From positions 160,001-224,000 of the forward strand of contig CAVTET010000006.1 of the NCBI GenBank assembly GCA_963733675.1: 64,000 nucleotides of DNA, in the 5' to 3' direction. Of the stretch, positions 46,855 to 58,106 are shown in pieces (within the stretch, counting starts at the first letter, position 1; each line of letters opens with the position of its first letter). The DNA comes from an uncultured Methanosarcinaceae archaeon (GTDB taxonomy: Archaea; Halobacteriota; Methanosarcinia; Methanosarcinales; Methanosarcinaceae). The notes beneath the pieces were generated by a model. It made no database searches. It worked only from the letters and a program-made list of their open reading frames with translations, and was not told the DNA's origin. A program made the translations under genes and the position numbers.

Positions 46855-48715
46855 GTGAACTCCCCCTCTCTGTCAGGTTTATATCCTTCGATGAAGGGGC
46901 TTCCTTCGAGTAATTCCTTCACGTGTTCTCAAGTTTGAGATCCATCGGGAATTCTGTATTGTCGAAGATATCAACAATTTGTTGATAGCCCGTCCACAAG
47001 ACATTTTGTTATAGGAAATGTAACATAATACTGATAGAACTATTTAGATCCCTATCAATATTGTTCCCGCCACCACAAATCATAACTCACTTCCAAGAAG
47101 GCATATCATGAAGTTTTCACAGAACAATATTTCTAGTTGTTGTTCTTCGTCAATTCTTATTCACTTTTACCAATAAGTTTTGCTTATCGGTCATGAATTG
47201 AACAAATTTACATACTTTACCTAGAACCTCAATCGAATGATTTTGCCCTTTATTTTGTTTAGTTTTCTTTTCCTTTTTACCGTCTTTTACTTTAGGTTGA
47301 GCCATTTATGCACACTAAGGTCATCTACTATGATAGTTTTAGCTTTAGTGTTTTCAACCATAGTTTTGGAAAGTTTTTGTTGAAAATCTTTAACTTGATT
47401 TACTTTCTTTTGACTCATTTTAGTAACTGGTTTAGCTATTCTTAGATATGTCTTACTTTTTGTAGGACCTTTTAACGCCAATACAATGATCCTTGATTTA
47501 GCTTTATCAATCTTAGGATCCCAATAATTATCAGGTCTAGATGATTTTACTTCGAAAAATTTACCATAAGTATTGATAGCAGTAATTATCTTCGTGATAC
47601 CTAAATCAATAGCTTAATATATTCAGTTATCAAAATAAAAATCTTCATATCCAATTCATAAGCAACGCAAATAAAAAATTTACCTCTTGCTTTGTAAGGA
47701 TTATCGTTTAAAATTTCAACATGTTTGATTTTCAACCATTAACTAAATTACCTACATCAAAGGATATAGAAACATCATTCACATTACGTGAAAATGTAAT
47801 TATATTATTTTTAACTTTGAAGCCGCTTTGATTGTAGGTTAGAGTCATAAGATAATTCCTACCTTTGAAGCTAGGTGGTCATGCTTTCAAATCTCCAGTT
47901 TTAATATGGCCAAAAAAGGAATGATAACTACCATCAAGTTTTTTCAAGATACCTTGAAGTGTTTTGGAATATACTATGTTGAATTCAGTACTCCATTTTT
48001 TTGAAATCATGAAGTTTATTTTGTTTTTCAGCGTATTTTACACTACGCATTTCTTTATCATAAGCATCCTTTCTATTCGCAAGAGCGAAGTTATAGACAA
48101 TCCTACATTTGTCAGACCGTTCCCAATGCACATTAGTCTGTTCTTCAGTTGCATAAATCTGTATTTTCTTTGCTAGTTGCATGTTTGCTCTGACTCTCAA
48201 CATATTTTTTTAAAATATCAAATGTCAATTGTCTTTTTGTTGCTATGAAATATGATCTTAACCAGAATGTGTCTTACCACAACATTGTTTTAACATCAGA
48301 AAAATTTCTTCTGATTTCTCTTGAAGAGATTGTTTTGATAGTGTTGATATATTTTGGAATATCCAATGTTGGTTTTGAGGTTAAAATCATGTGAAAATAA
48401 TCTATATCACACCCACCATTTAGAAATTTTACATCAAAAGTTTTGCTTATATCATTGATTTTGGATTTTAGTGAATACACTATCTTTTGACTATGAAGAG
48501 TTTTTCTTCGGCATTTTACGCATTGTATAAAAGGATAGTTGATTGTATAAACAGAATAATTCTATTGATCGAGGTTATACTTTATAGTTTTAATTTTAAA
48601 GTAAAAACTATAACTATCTATATCTTTTCCATCTTAAAAAGGATCGAAAGTTGATGGCTTTTATCCCATACGTGCCACTCTGATGCGTGTTGAAGAAGGG
48701 GACTTCTCGCCTTAG
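46855..48715 (-). mobile_element. IS200/IS605 element (tnpA plus tnpB), both pseudogenized
   Basis: tnpA relic ~48240-48586 (DYFHMIL..KP...INTIKTISSREI); tnpB relic ~47000-48182 (CRIVYNFAL, AIDLGI, IIVDDL, DRDLN); GAAGGGG hairpin-type ends at both sides. Confidence 0.8.
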
Positions 48716-49343
48716 AGTTAAAAGACTTAAACTCCACTATGCTAAACTGCATATAAGCTTGTCTAAATTCTCTACAGTATGCGACTATGTAAAGTTCTAG
48801 AAGCACGACTTATTTAATTTATTTTTGCTGAAAAATATAAATATTCAGAGAATATATTAAAACTGACAACAATATTTTTTTGGTAGATATCTCTGGAAGA
48901 TCGTGGAAATAATGCATAAATTTGCAAAGTGCTCTCTAAAAAATGAATATTTAGCCAGATAGCATTTCGAAAAATTTCCAAATCGAAGAAAATCTAAATG
49001 GAAATTGGAAAAATTAAATTCTATGTTTTTTTGCCTCTAAATACACTACTTTGCCACTTTTAGCCCCTACCTAAAGTTTAATAAATTTGTTTTAGTCTGA
49101 AAATCGAAGACAAGAGAAACTTTGAATATATGAACTTTTACTAGAGAAAGTGAAATAGATAAGGTATTCAATACTAACCTCAGATTTCAGTACAATTGAA
49201 TGAACGAAAAAGAGTGAAAAAACTGAATGCTTCTGAAACATAATTCGGGGCGTATTACAGAGCACAACTCTTCAAAGATAAAATTGATTAATGATCGTGT
49301 TTTTACTTAGCTAAACAGATTCGAATCTTGCAAAATAGGTAGG

Positions 49344-50207
49344 TTGAACATGGAAAAGAACGTTATGGATGCTCTCCTGGAGATTATCGAGATACGAGCT
49401 TTGACGAACAGAGCAAGAGTTGCTATGGGAATACGGGATCCAAATTTTAAGGTTCTCGAAAGTGCGTGGAAAGCCCAGGAAAAAGGGTATGCACAGGTCA
49501 TCCTGGTAGGTAGCAAAAAGGAAATCGATAAAATTGGAACAGAGCTTGAGGTAGTAGATACCGAGGATCCAGAAAAAGTTATTGTGGAACTCTTGATATC
49601 GAGAAAAATCGATGCAGCTATAAGGGGAACTGCAAAGTCATCTGGAACCCTTGCACATCTCAAAGAAGCACTTGGAAAGAAAAGCGTCTGCAGACTTGCA
49701 CTACTTCTGACAGCTGCTGGGAAGCCATTCTTTCTTGCCCCTGTAGGGATCGATGAAGGTAATACCATTGCAGATAAGATTCACATGATTACTCTGGGTT
49801 CCGAATATATCAGTAGATTAGGAATCAACCCTGTAATAGGTGTGCTCTCAGGTGGTAGAATTGAAGATATTGGTCGGAACACAATTGTGGACAGAACCCT
49901 CGCAGATGGTGAATTAGTTGCAAATATGGCTAGGAAACTTGGGATGAATGCTAAACATTACACCATTCTTATTGAAGATGCCATAAAAGAATCTAACTTT
50001 ATCGTTGCCCCAAACGGGATCTCAGGAAATCTTATCTTTCGGACTGTTGCTTTCCTTGGTGGAGGTGACGGACTTGGAGCTCCTGTGCTAATGGATGATT
50101 ACGTTTTTGTGGATACTTCAAGGGCAGGAGGGCATTTTACTAAAGCCATAATGCTTGCGAGTGCATTATCTCACTTGAATAAGGAACGAAAAAAGAAGAC
50201 TCAATGA
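49344..50207 (+). CDS. mtxX: methanogen marker protein 4 (MtxX)
   Basis: DAAIRGT, FFLAPVGIDEG, VLSGGRIED.GR, ILIEDA, GISGNLIFR, FVDTSR. Confidence 0.85.
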   Translation: MNMEKNVMDALLEIIEIRALTNRARVAMGIRDPNFKVLESAWKAQEKGYAQVILVGSKKEIDKIGTELEVVDTEDPEKVIVELLISRKIDAAIRGTAKSSGTLAHLKEALGKKSVCRLALLLTAAGKPFFLAPVGIDEGNTIADKIHMITLGSEYISRLGINPVIGVLSGGRIEDIGRNTIVDRTLADGELVANMARKLGMNAKHYTILIEDAIKESNFIVAPNGISGNLIFRTVAFLGGGDGLGAPVLMDDYVFVDTSRAGGHFTKAIMLASALSHLNKERKKKTQ

Positions 50208-50410
50208 AAGCTATTGAGACACATGTCTTGTCGTAAAACGTGACTACAAGACAGAAAACAAAAAGCCCAATATCGCAATCCAACCCTTGAAAGATATGCC
50301 TAAGAAAAAGAATTAATGTCCAGCTGTGGAAACTGCATATACTGAAGAACAAAAAGGATTTATTTCCTTTAGTATCTTTAGATAAGAAGATGCACAAACT
50401 GTAGATGGAT
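50204..50410 (+). pseudogene. mtxA: probable MtxA (MtrA-like) relic
   Basis: ATG overlaps the mtxX stop; shifted frame reads CLVVKRDYKTENKKPNIAIQPL, resembling the MtrA/MtxA start WPxVxGDYxxGNPxSxIAVxTL; then degenerates. Confidence 0.45.
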
Positions 50411-50417
50411 TTGAGAA

Positions 50418-50852
50418 AATGAAAGCTCATGAAATCACACAGCAGGATTTCGCTGGGGAGAAAAATAGATTGCTTAAGGAAAGGAACACCGAAGTAAGTT
50501 CGATTGATGTTTGACTGAAGCTATATGATTAGGTTCTTCTAAGGACGACAGATCTACCCATTCTTAAGATGCTCCATTATGAGAGAGCTCTCTTTCTCTA
50601 TTATACAAACAAGGATTTTTTCAAAGAACTTCGAAATGTACGCAAAATGGAATTGATGGCTCATCAACAAATCAGAACTAAAAGAGTGTCATATTTGCCT
50701 TTGAAGACTCCTATCAACAATATAAGAAACTTTCCGGCAGAATGTACACAAATGATGAGACTTTAAGAGCAAAACCATTCCCTGCAAAGCATTCCATTTC
50801 AGATTATAATATTGCAGGGAAGATGGGTGCAGGTGCTCATATTCACCTTATA
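50418..50852 (+). pseudogene. eroded hypothetical protein
   Basis: Continuous protein-like reading MKAHEITQQDF...LHYERALF...MELMAHQQ...AKPFPAK broken by stops and frameshifts. Confidence 0.4.
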
Positions 50853-51548
50853 AATGAACTGTTAATATTTTAAAATTTTTCAAACAGAAAAATTAACAGA
50901 AATAATATATTACAGCTGAAAATAATAACAGATCTATAGATAGTGCTCTATTCTAAAATTATGGAACTTGAAGATTATATCTAACTCTTTAAAGAAAAGA
51001 TAAAAAGGGATTTTTTGGAATTTAATGAATTAGGAAACGAGATCTATACTGGATTTTTGATTATGAACCTGAAAAATAGCTTATGGCTTACTATTACAGG
51101 GTTCGGAGAGTCATCAGGGGAGCTAAGATAATTTTCAACAACCTAAGTCAACCGGTATAAAAACTGAAGAATACATAGAACCTCAAACTAGACTTAACAG
51201 AATTTTGTATTAATGGAGTCGGTGGGTAATTAATTACATTCAGTACTTTGTGTATCAGAACTCACAAGAAACTAAAATTGATATCTCAAACATATAATTT
51301 ACTTAATACCGATAAAAATTTATTTATGGGTCAGAACATACCCAAAAAGTTGAATACTAGCTAAATTCTTCCATTATATTTCTGAATATTTATATTTCAG
51401 CCATTAAGTTTCTTGAAATAGGATCAGGGGTAAATTGCTTAATAATATTTCCCATAATGTCCTAGTTGCAGCAAGAATTTAAGTCAAAGGCAGTAGGTTC
51501 AGAGTAAAACAAGAGGACTATATTTTATTGAGAAGTAATAATCAATGT

Positions 51549-51635
51549 GCGAGAGTTCAAAGCCATGCCAGAAATGCCAGTTTCAGAGCCTGGTCTTTTA
51601 GAAATTCGGGGGTTTAAATCGCACACCTCACACCA
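51549..51635 (+). pseudogene. decayed tRNA-Leu (CAG)
   Basis: GCGAGAGTT...CCAGT-TTCAGAG-CCTGG...TTCGGGGGTTTAAATC...CCTCACACCA; anticodon CAG, long variable region, CCA end. Confidence 0.7.
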
Positions 51636-52171
51636 AATTTATAAATTATTCTTATTTCTGCTCAATTCTACCTCTTTAAATCCTTTTGAGATACGGAAAA
51701 TCAAGGTTTAGATTGCAAAAGGGGCATATGGTGGCTTGTTTAGTCATATACTGGTATCTAAGACATCTTTTAAGGGAAAGTGAAAATTAGTGAACTACTG
51801 AATGTACTCTTCCAGGTCTGGAATTTGGCTATTTGTATTTTGTGGGTTAAAATAATTATTCAGTTGAAAAGTAATTACATCTTAAGAGAGACCTCGATTC
51901 TGAATTTGATTTTCATAGATAATAGTTTCCAAGTATTATATATGTAGATATATATTTCGAGAATGATTATGAATTACCTACTCGAAATAGCAAAGATTCT
52001 TAATGATTTGAGAAAAGATGCTCTGAGGAAATGCAGAAAATTTTTGGCTACACTCTGTTGTATAAAGCAAAGATAAAAATAAATTAAATCATAAAAAGAA
52101 GTATTTTCCTAAAATTATTAAATATATTTTCATATCATTGAGTGATTAAATTTATGTAAAGGTGTAATTCC

Positions 52172-53017
52172 GTGGTATCAGGAAAGAACTCCATTAAAAT
52201 GACAGCAAAAAAAGGATTGGTTTTCCTCCTCCCTAAAATAGACAGTACCTTTGCGTTAGAACCTGCAGTGCTCCGAATTGATGCTGATCCAATAATGCTT
52301 GTTGGAGATATTCATGGAGACTTGCAAGCTCTTAATTTCATAATAGGAATGAGAGAAGAAATAAATTGCATAAACATTCTCTTTCTTGGTGACTATGTAG
52401 ATAGAGGATTGCAGAGTACTGAGGTACTTTTAAAACTGTTCCAGTTAAAAATTGAGGATCCTAAACATGTTTTTCTTCTTAGAGGTAATCATGAAAGTGT
52501 AGAAATGAACTTTTACGATGGTTTTTATAAGGAAATAGGTTGTGATAAGGAGTTTCTCTTAAGGGTCAGCCAAACATATGATAAGATGCCGGTAGCTGCT
52601 GTACTTTCGGGCCACACTTTCTGTGTACATGGAGGGATTAACGGAACCGGAAGTATTAATGCTATTAATAAGGAAGAATGTTTTCCCTATCTATGGAATG
52701 ATCCCTCAGAAAATTTAGGCTTTACCCCTTCAAACAGAGGGCCTGCGGTAAAGGAATTTGGGGCTAACATTGTAGACGGTTTTTTAATGACAAATAATCT
52801 GAAAAGAATAGTAAGAGGGCACGAATTCTATGAAGAAGGATATAAATGGTGGTTCAACGGAAAATTACTCTCGATCTTTTCCTGCCCTAGATACGTGGGT
52901 CAAAAAAATGATGGTGCTTTTGTCTTATTTGAGAAAGGACAGCTAAAACTGTTTGTTTTCGGGATCAAAAGGAGTAAAGAGAAAATAACTCTTAAGGTTT
53001 GTTACGAAATAACTTAG
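52172..53017 (+). CDS. PPP-family Ser/Thr protein phosphatase
   Basis: GDIHG, GDYVDRG, LRGNHE, HGG, LWNDP, RGHE, IFSCPRY. Confidence 0.92.
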   Translation: MVSGKNSIKMTAKKGLVFLLPKIDSTFALEPAVLRIDADPIMLVGDIHGDLQALNFIIGMREEINCINILFLGDYVDRGLQSTEVLLKLFQLKIEDPKHVFLLRGNHESVEMNFYDGFYKEIGCDKEFLLRVSQTYDKMPVAAVLSGHTFCVHGGINGTGSINAINKEECFPYLWNDPSENLGFTPSNRGPAVKEFGANIVDGFLMTNNLKRIVRGHEFYEEGYKWWFNGKLLSIFSCPRYVGQKNDGAFVLFEKGQLKLFVFGIKRSKEKITLKVCYEIT

Positions 53018-53322
53018 GTAACCCATAATTATTTTGGAATTTAATAGATTATACTGTTTGTTAAAACGGTTTTGTATTGTATAAAAATATACCTAAGTTG
53101 ATTAGCGGGGGTTCTGATTAGTGTCTGTACACAAATTTTACCTAGATCTAAATTCTAAACATTAAGTTTGTGACACACTTTTGAACCGAAGCCCTAGCAT
53201 TACAACTCAACGTTATTTTTGACGAATTATTAGTCAATATCTATAATTTATGGTATCTTCTAATTTTTTTCAATAAATAACATCTCTAAAAAGGAGAATA
53301 ATACATGTGAGTAAACAAAGGT

Positions 53323-54176
53323 GGTTCCGTTGCAAAAAATCCTTTCTAATGATACAATAGAATAAAAAGAAAACCAAAGATAGTAACATGCTATCTAATT
53401 CCTTTAAATGGAAGCATTATGAAGGGGAAATTATCTTATTGAATGTAAGATGGTACTTAAAATATCCATTGAGCTATAGAAATTTAAAGGAAATGATGGC
53501 AGAAAGGGGAGTAAAAGTCGACAATACAACAATCATGAGATGGGTACATCAATATTCCCCTGAAATAGAAAAGAAGATAAGAAGACATTTAAGACCAGCA
53601 AATGATTCGTGGAGAGTTGATGAAACCTATATCAAAGTAAAAGGTAAATGGAAATATTTTTACCGAGCAGTTGACTCAAATGGAGATACAATTGATTTCA
53701 TGTTAAGTGCAAAACGAGATAGAAAGGCAGCGAAGAGATTCTTTAAGAAAGCTTTAAGTTCTAATCATAATCAAATTCCAAGATTAATAACCGTTGATAA
53801 GAATCCAGCTTATCCACCTGCTATAGATAAACTAAAAATTGATAAAATACTACCTAAAAACGTAGGCATTCGACAAATCAAGTATTTGAATAACATTATA
53901 GAACAAGATCATAGATCTATAAAGCGAATCGTTAATCCAATGTTAGGATTTCAGTTTTTTCGATCTGCTAATAAAACTTTAAAAAGAATTGAAGCTATGA
54001 ATATGATCAAAAAAGGACAAGTAATCGATCTAAATTACTCTGTTCTTAATGAAGTCAAATACATTAATCAATTATTTGGTATAGTTTTATAATGTTAGTA
54101 CATTTTTCTTGAATATTTTGATTTTATTCATTACTTATAAATTTACATATTTTGTTGAAGTTTTTGCAACGGAACC
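53323..54176 (+). mobile_element. IS6-family element, intact
   Basis: TIRs GGTTCCGTTGCAAAAA; 854 bp; near-identical to 42960..43813 in opposite orientation; no TSD. Confidence 0.95.
53388..54092 (+). CDS. IS6-family DDE transposase
   Basis: Same motifs as 43045..43749. Confidence 0.95.
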   Translation: MLSNSFKWKHYEGEIILLNVRWYLKYPLSYRNLKEMMAERGVKVDNTTIMRWVHQYSPEIEKKIRRHLRPANDSWRVDETYIKVKGKWKYFYRAVDSNGDTIDFMLSAKRDRKAAKRFFKKALSSNHNQIPRLITVDKNPAYPPAIDKLKIDKILPKNVGIRQIKYLNNIIEQDHRSIKRIVNPMLGFQFFRSANKTLKRIEAMNMIKKGQVIDLNYSVLNEVKYINQLFGIVL

Positions 54177-54424
54177 AATTTTCCCATCCTATTTAGCATT
54201 TTTATAATCGAATTACATGTTAACTATTTGTGATAAGAAAGTAAATAACTTTTTTATAAACTTTTATGATAATCTGGGGATAAATTTCTACTATATCTAG
54301 TTTTGAGAGTACCATCTGCACCCAGGTAGCAGTCCTAAAAAGAAATTAGCATAGAACAAAAATCACTCAAATAAAAAAGTAGAAAAAATAGTTGATGATG
54401 AGGAATGCTCATCATATTATATTT

Positions 54425-54832
54425 TTAACGGTGTCCGTGTCCGTGTCCGTGTCCGTGTCCGCCACGTCCCCAGCCGCCGTAGCCGCCGTAGCCGCCCCAG
54501 CCGCCGTAGCCGCCCCAGCCGCCGTAGCCGCCCCAGCCAGGGTACCCACCGTAAAGACCCATACCGTATGCAGGAACTGCTTCAACTCCACCTACGCCAA
54601 CACCACATGCACCGTATCCAACGCCGCATGCTCCGAGGCCATAGCCACCGTAGAAAGGATATGCTCCGAGGCCATAGCCCCAGCCGCCGCCCCAGCCGCC
54701 CCAGCCGCCGCCCCAGCCGCCGCGACCACCATGGCCACCGCCGCGTGCACTAGCTGCAACTGCTGTCAAAGATGTCACAAATAGAACTGCCAATAAAATG
54801 GCAAGTACCTTTTTCATTCCAAGTTTCAACAT
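54425..54832 (-). CDS. secreted Gly/Trp/Tyr/His-rich low-complexity protein
   Basis: GGAGTGA RBS; Sec signal ending AVAASA; GGW/GGY repeats and a (GH)5-like tail; frame intact across repeats. Confidence 0.8.
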   Translation of the reverse strand: MLKLGMKKVLAILLAVLFVTSLTAVAASARGGGHGGRGGWGGGWGGWGGGWGYGLGAYPFYGGYGLGACGVGYGACGVGVGGVEAVPAYGMGLYGGYPGWGGYGGWGGYGGWGGYGGYGGWGRGGHGHGHGHGHR

Positions 54833-54979
54833 TTGGTTTCACTCCTTTTATTTTTATTTGTTTTGAGGGGTTTGTTTTTAGCTCTTCAGAGGTCAGATGG
54901 TTGATAACCGTTTTATCAATATCAACAATTTCGATATTGCTTCTGACTAGCTCATTATTACCCTTCTAAATTTTTTACA

Positions 54980-55350
54980 CTTTAGAGGATTTCTATAAAC
55001 CTCGATTTCCACGAGTTATCTATACTATATTATATTTATAGGCAGCTGGCAAAATTTAGGTGCTTATTGAAATCCTCTTTAAATTCAATACTTTAATGAA
55101 TTAAATTTTTTATACTTACATCATGAACTACAAATACGTAGTATAGTTTCGGAGTTATTTTAATGTTTTCTCTCTAACATTATCAAAATTTGATTATTGA
55201 TTACTATTTAGTTTATTGTCTCACGTCTAACATTTGTTCGCTTTAGAGAATTTATAAAGTCTTTAATTTTTACGAGTTTTCGATATGGGTTTATGTCAGC
55301 AACTGACAAATTTAGGTGTTTATTGAAATCCTCTTTAAATTACTAATACA
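54980..55350. repeat. two degenerate ~110-bp direct repeats upstream of the Gly-rich gene
   Basis: Core GCArCTGrCAAA(A)TTTAGGTGyTTATTGAAATCCTCTTTAAATT at ~55042-55085 and ~55299-55341. Confidence 0.7.
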
Positions 55351-56399
55351 TCACAAACTGAATATATCTACTAACATCAGTGAAATGCAATATATACTTA
55401 ACTTCTTAGTCATTTTTATTAATTGTACACAAAATTGTTTCTGAATAAAACTGACTTTCCAACAAAGTGTTTTAAAACCGAACAACAATTTAATATTAAT
55501 TATGTATCTATTATTCCAGGAGTTATTTACAAATTTAGAATTGAGCTTTTCCTAAAAAAGCATTGAATATTACTTTATATCAAATTCTTGATTAAGTAGT
55601 GCCAATTAGCTGGTTGACATTTTCACCTTAGAATGCACTTTGCTCCAAATGAATTATTTTTCTAAGCTCAACTGCATGCAGAGAATCAATAACTACATCA
55701 CGCAGAAAATTTAATGCTGAGAGAAAGAATATAAATTTTCTAGAAAAAATTAACATTTTATTAATTAACTATACTTTTTTGAAATTGTGCCTTAACCCGA
55801 ATTAGACAGAATCAGAACTGATATTAATGCATAAATTGTCTTTATGCTTCTATTTACTTCCTACTTACTTTCCACAGATGTACACAAGCATACCATCCAC
55901 TTTTTTCAATCTGAAAGTAGCTTAATAATTAATCGAATTTTCAATGAATAATGCTCAGATGATTTCTGGTTATGAATTTAGAGTTGATTTATGAATTTAG
56001 AGTTGATATTGCGTTATTGCTTAAAATGCCGGATTTAGTGATCCTTTAAATCCCTTAAACATTCTAATTGATATTTCAACGTCTCATTTACGTTCAGCTG
56101 ATTTTGATATAATAATGTTAATAATTAATATCTAATAGGCTATCTTAAACTTCAAACAATTGTTACAATTGGATAATGTGTAACGCCAACTTCAAATAGA
56201 TTGTAAATTGTTCCGAAATTCAGGTACGCATTGACCTTATAGGACAGTACTTTATTCCAAGAGATTATGCGCGAGAGGTAAAAATCAAGTCCAATAATCA
56301 TCACGGTTTAAATTTACTAAACATTTAACAGTTTAATAATACCTTTTTTTAAGTTCAAATATATAAGTTCCATCTCAATTGCAGAATCAAAATTGCGCT

Positions 56400-56990
56400 T
56401 GTGCACCCCACTGCAAGCAACTGGGTATGTTCACACCAGCGCTCCTGGTATAGTTTTTTTCACTAAAAATCGATTATTTTCATTTGCTCATATGCTTACT
56501 TTTCTTCCTGATTCTGAACATATTTTTTTATAATATCGGAAGTAGTTCCGTCTCCGACTGTACCAATGTATCCTCCCTCACTCCATAGTTCTCCAGCCCA
56601 AAGCTGTTTTTTAATTTCAGGGTATTCTTTGAAGATTTTTCTGGCTGTTATGCTTTTAATAATCTGCATTACTCTTGAAGGAGAATACTTTGGCTCAGCC
56701 TCAACAAAAAATATATATGCTCAACATTGCAGCCGATTGCATAAAATTCAAAAGAGTATCTTTAACCAATCTCAGAGCATACGTGTTTTAAAAAGTGCAC
56801 TGTGCAATAATTTAAAAGATCTTTATAGTATTTCTACGAAAAGCCATGTGATATCTAATTTTATAGACACAATAGTTTGCATGTCTTGATTCCATCTACA
56901 GCAAAAAGTGATTAAGGATATAAATCAGTTCTTTAACAAAAGTTACCTTGGAAGTTTCCATCCCCGTAACAAGCTGCTGGGCATTCGAAT
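56400..56990 (-). mobile_element. IS200-type element, tnpA pseudogene
   Basis: Minus strand KQLWAGELWSEGGYIGTVGDGTTSDIIKKYVQNQ; subterminal hairpins CCCCACTGCAAGCAACTGGG and CCCCGTAACAAGCTGCTGGG. Confidence 0.8.
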
Positions 56991-57109
56991 GAGAATGAAA
57001 TTTAATTTTAAGACAGGCTTTGGAAAATGGATTCACACCAAAAGATTTGACAGCTCCATCAAGTCACAAATACTAAGTACAAGTTATTCAAATAGAAAAT
57101 TGGAGATTA

Positions 57110-57708
57110 TTGGAATTGGTTTTGTTTATACTTATCCTTGTTTTTTTGCTGGTGGCATTCGCAGCTATTCACAGTCTTATGACAAGTCTGTTCTTCAAAC
57201 GTTGTGTCACTGAAATCTTGGGTTCCAGGGCAAAATTGTTGTATATACCAGTATTCAACCTCATAGCATTGCTAACTATATTGCTGCTTGCATACCTGCT
57301 CTACAAAAACCCAGGACCGTTTCTCTACATAATACCTTTACCCTGGTGCTGGCTAATGATCGGTGGACAATTTATTGCTGCTACCATGCTCCTAGAGCTT
57401 TGCTGGATGCACCCAATAGATTCAAGATCGCTTTATCTGCACCAAATACTCCTGAAACAAGTTCCCTAAATATTCGAGGTATTTACCGATGGGTAAGAGA
57501 TCCCTTTCTGCTATCAGGACTGATCATAATTTGGCTCACTCCCTTTATGACCATCAATCTGTTTGTCATATACCTTTTGGCCACTATATACTTCTATATA
57601 GGGTCTCTTCACTGGGAAAGGAGACTTGTATCACAGTTTGGTGATGAATACCTGGAGTACCAAAAACGGGTTCACAGGATAATTCCACAATTTTTGGGCC
57701 ATCGTTAG
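57110..57708 (+). pseudogene. ICMT/PEMT-family membrane methyltransferase (MddA/nurim-like), frameshifted
   Basis: FAAIHSLM; frameshift ~57390; GIYRWVRDP...WERRLVSQFGDEYLEYQKRV. Confidence 0.7.
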
Positions 57709-58106
57709 GAAAACATAGATACAGTTATTTTCTAGTATGGGATATACGGTATGATTAATAGAGACGGTATAAATGACAATCTAGAATTTCTGGACAATCA
57801 AAACCATATAAATAACTATCCTTTACACTCAAGCAAACAGAACACTCGAATTTTTGTATTTTTTTGAATATATCATTTAGTCTATTCTAAAACCTAACTA
57901 TGGCAGTTTGTATTTTTTTGGTAAAATTTTCCTAATTTTTTCAACTTTTTTTCAGAAAAGTAATTTGATAGTTTAAATTAATTTACTCGAATTCTGAAGA
58001 TTTACTTCGAAAAGGAGAAATATTTAGCGAATGATCAATTTATATTTCGAAAATGTTTAATTTATATTTAGCGAATGATTAATTTATATGTAAAGGGGGT
58101 TTGTGA

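Noticed and set aside
43814-53322. IS6 composite transposon or IS6-generated inversion
   Set aside because: No matching 8-bp flanks in direct or inverted arrangement, and the cargo is ordinary chromosomal genes.
54392-54784. Ala/Pro-rich plus-strand ORF
   Set aside because: Antisense shadow of the Gly-rich gene, which has the RBS and signal peptide.
56268-56310. Fifth tRNA-Leu relic (GCGCGAGAGGT...)
   Set aside because: Only a weak 3'-end resemblance; no recognisable D or anticodon arm.
58020-58089. Tandem TATTTAGCGAATGATyAATTTATAT upstream of msrB as MsvR operator
   Set aside because: Spacing does not fit TTCG-N7-9-CGAA; similar slippage duplications occur at ~55970 and ~59108.
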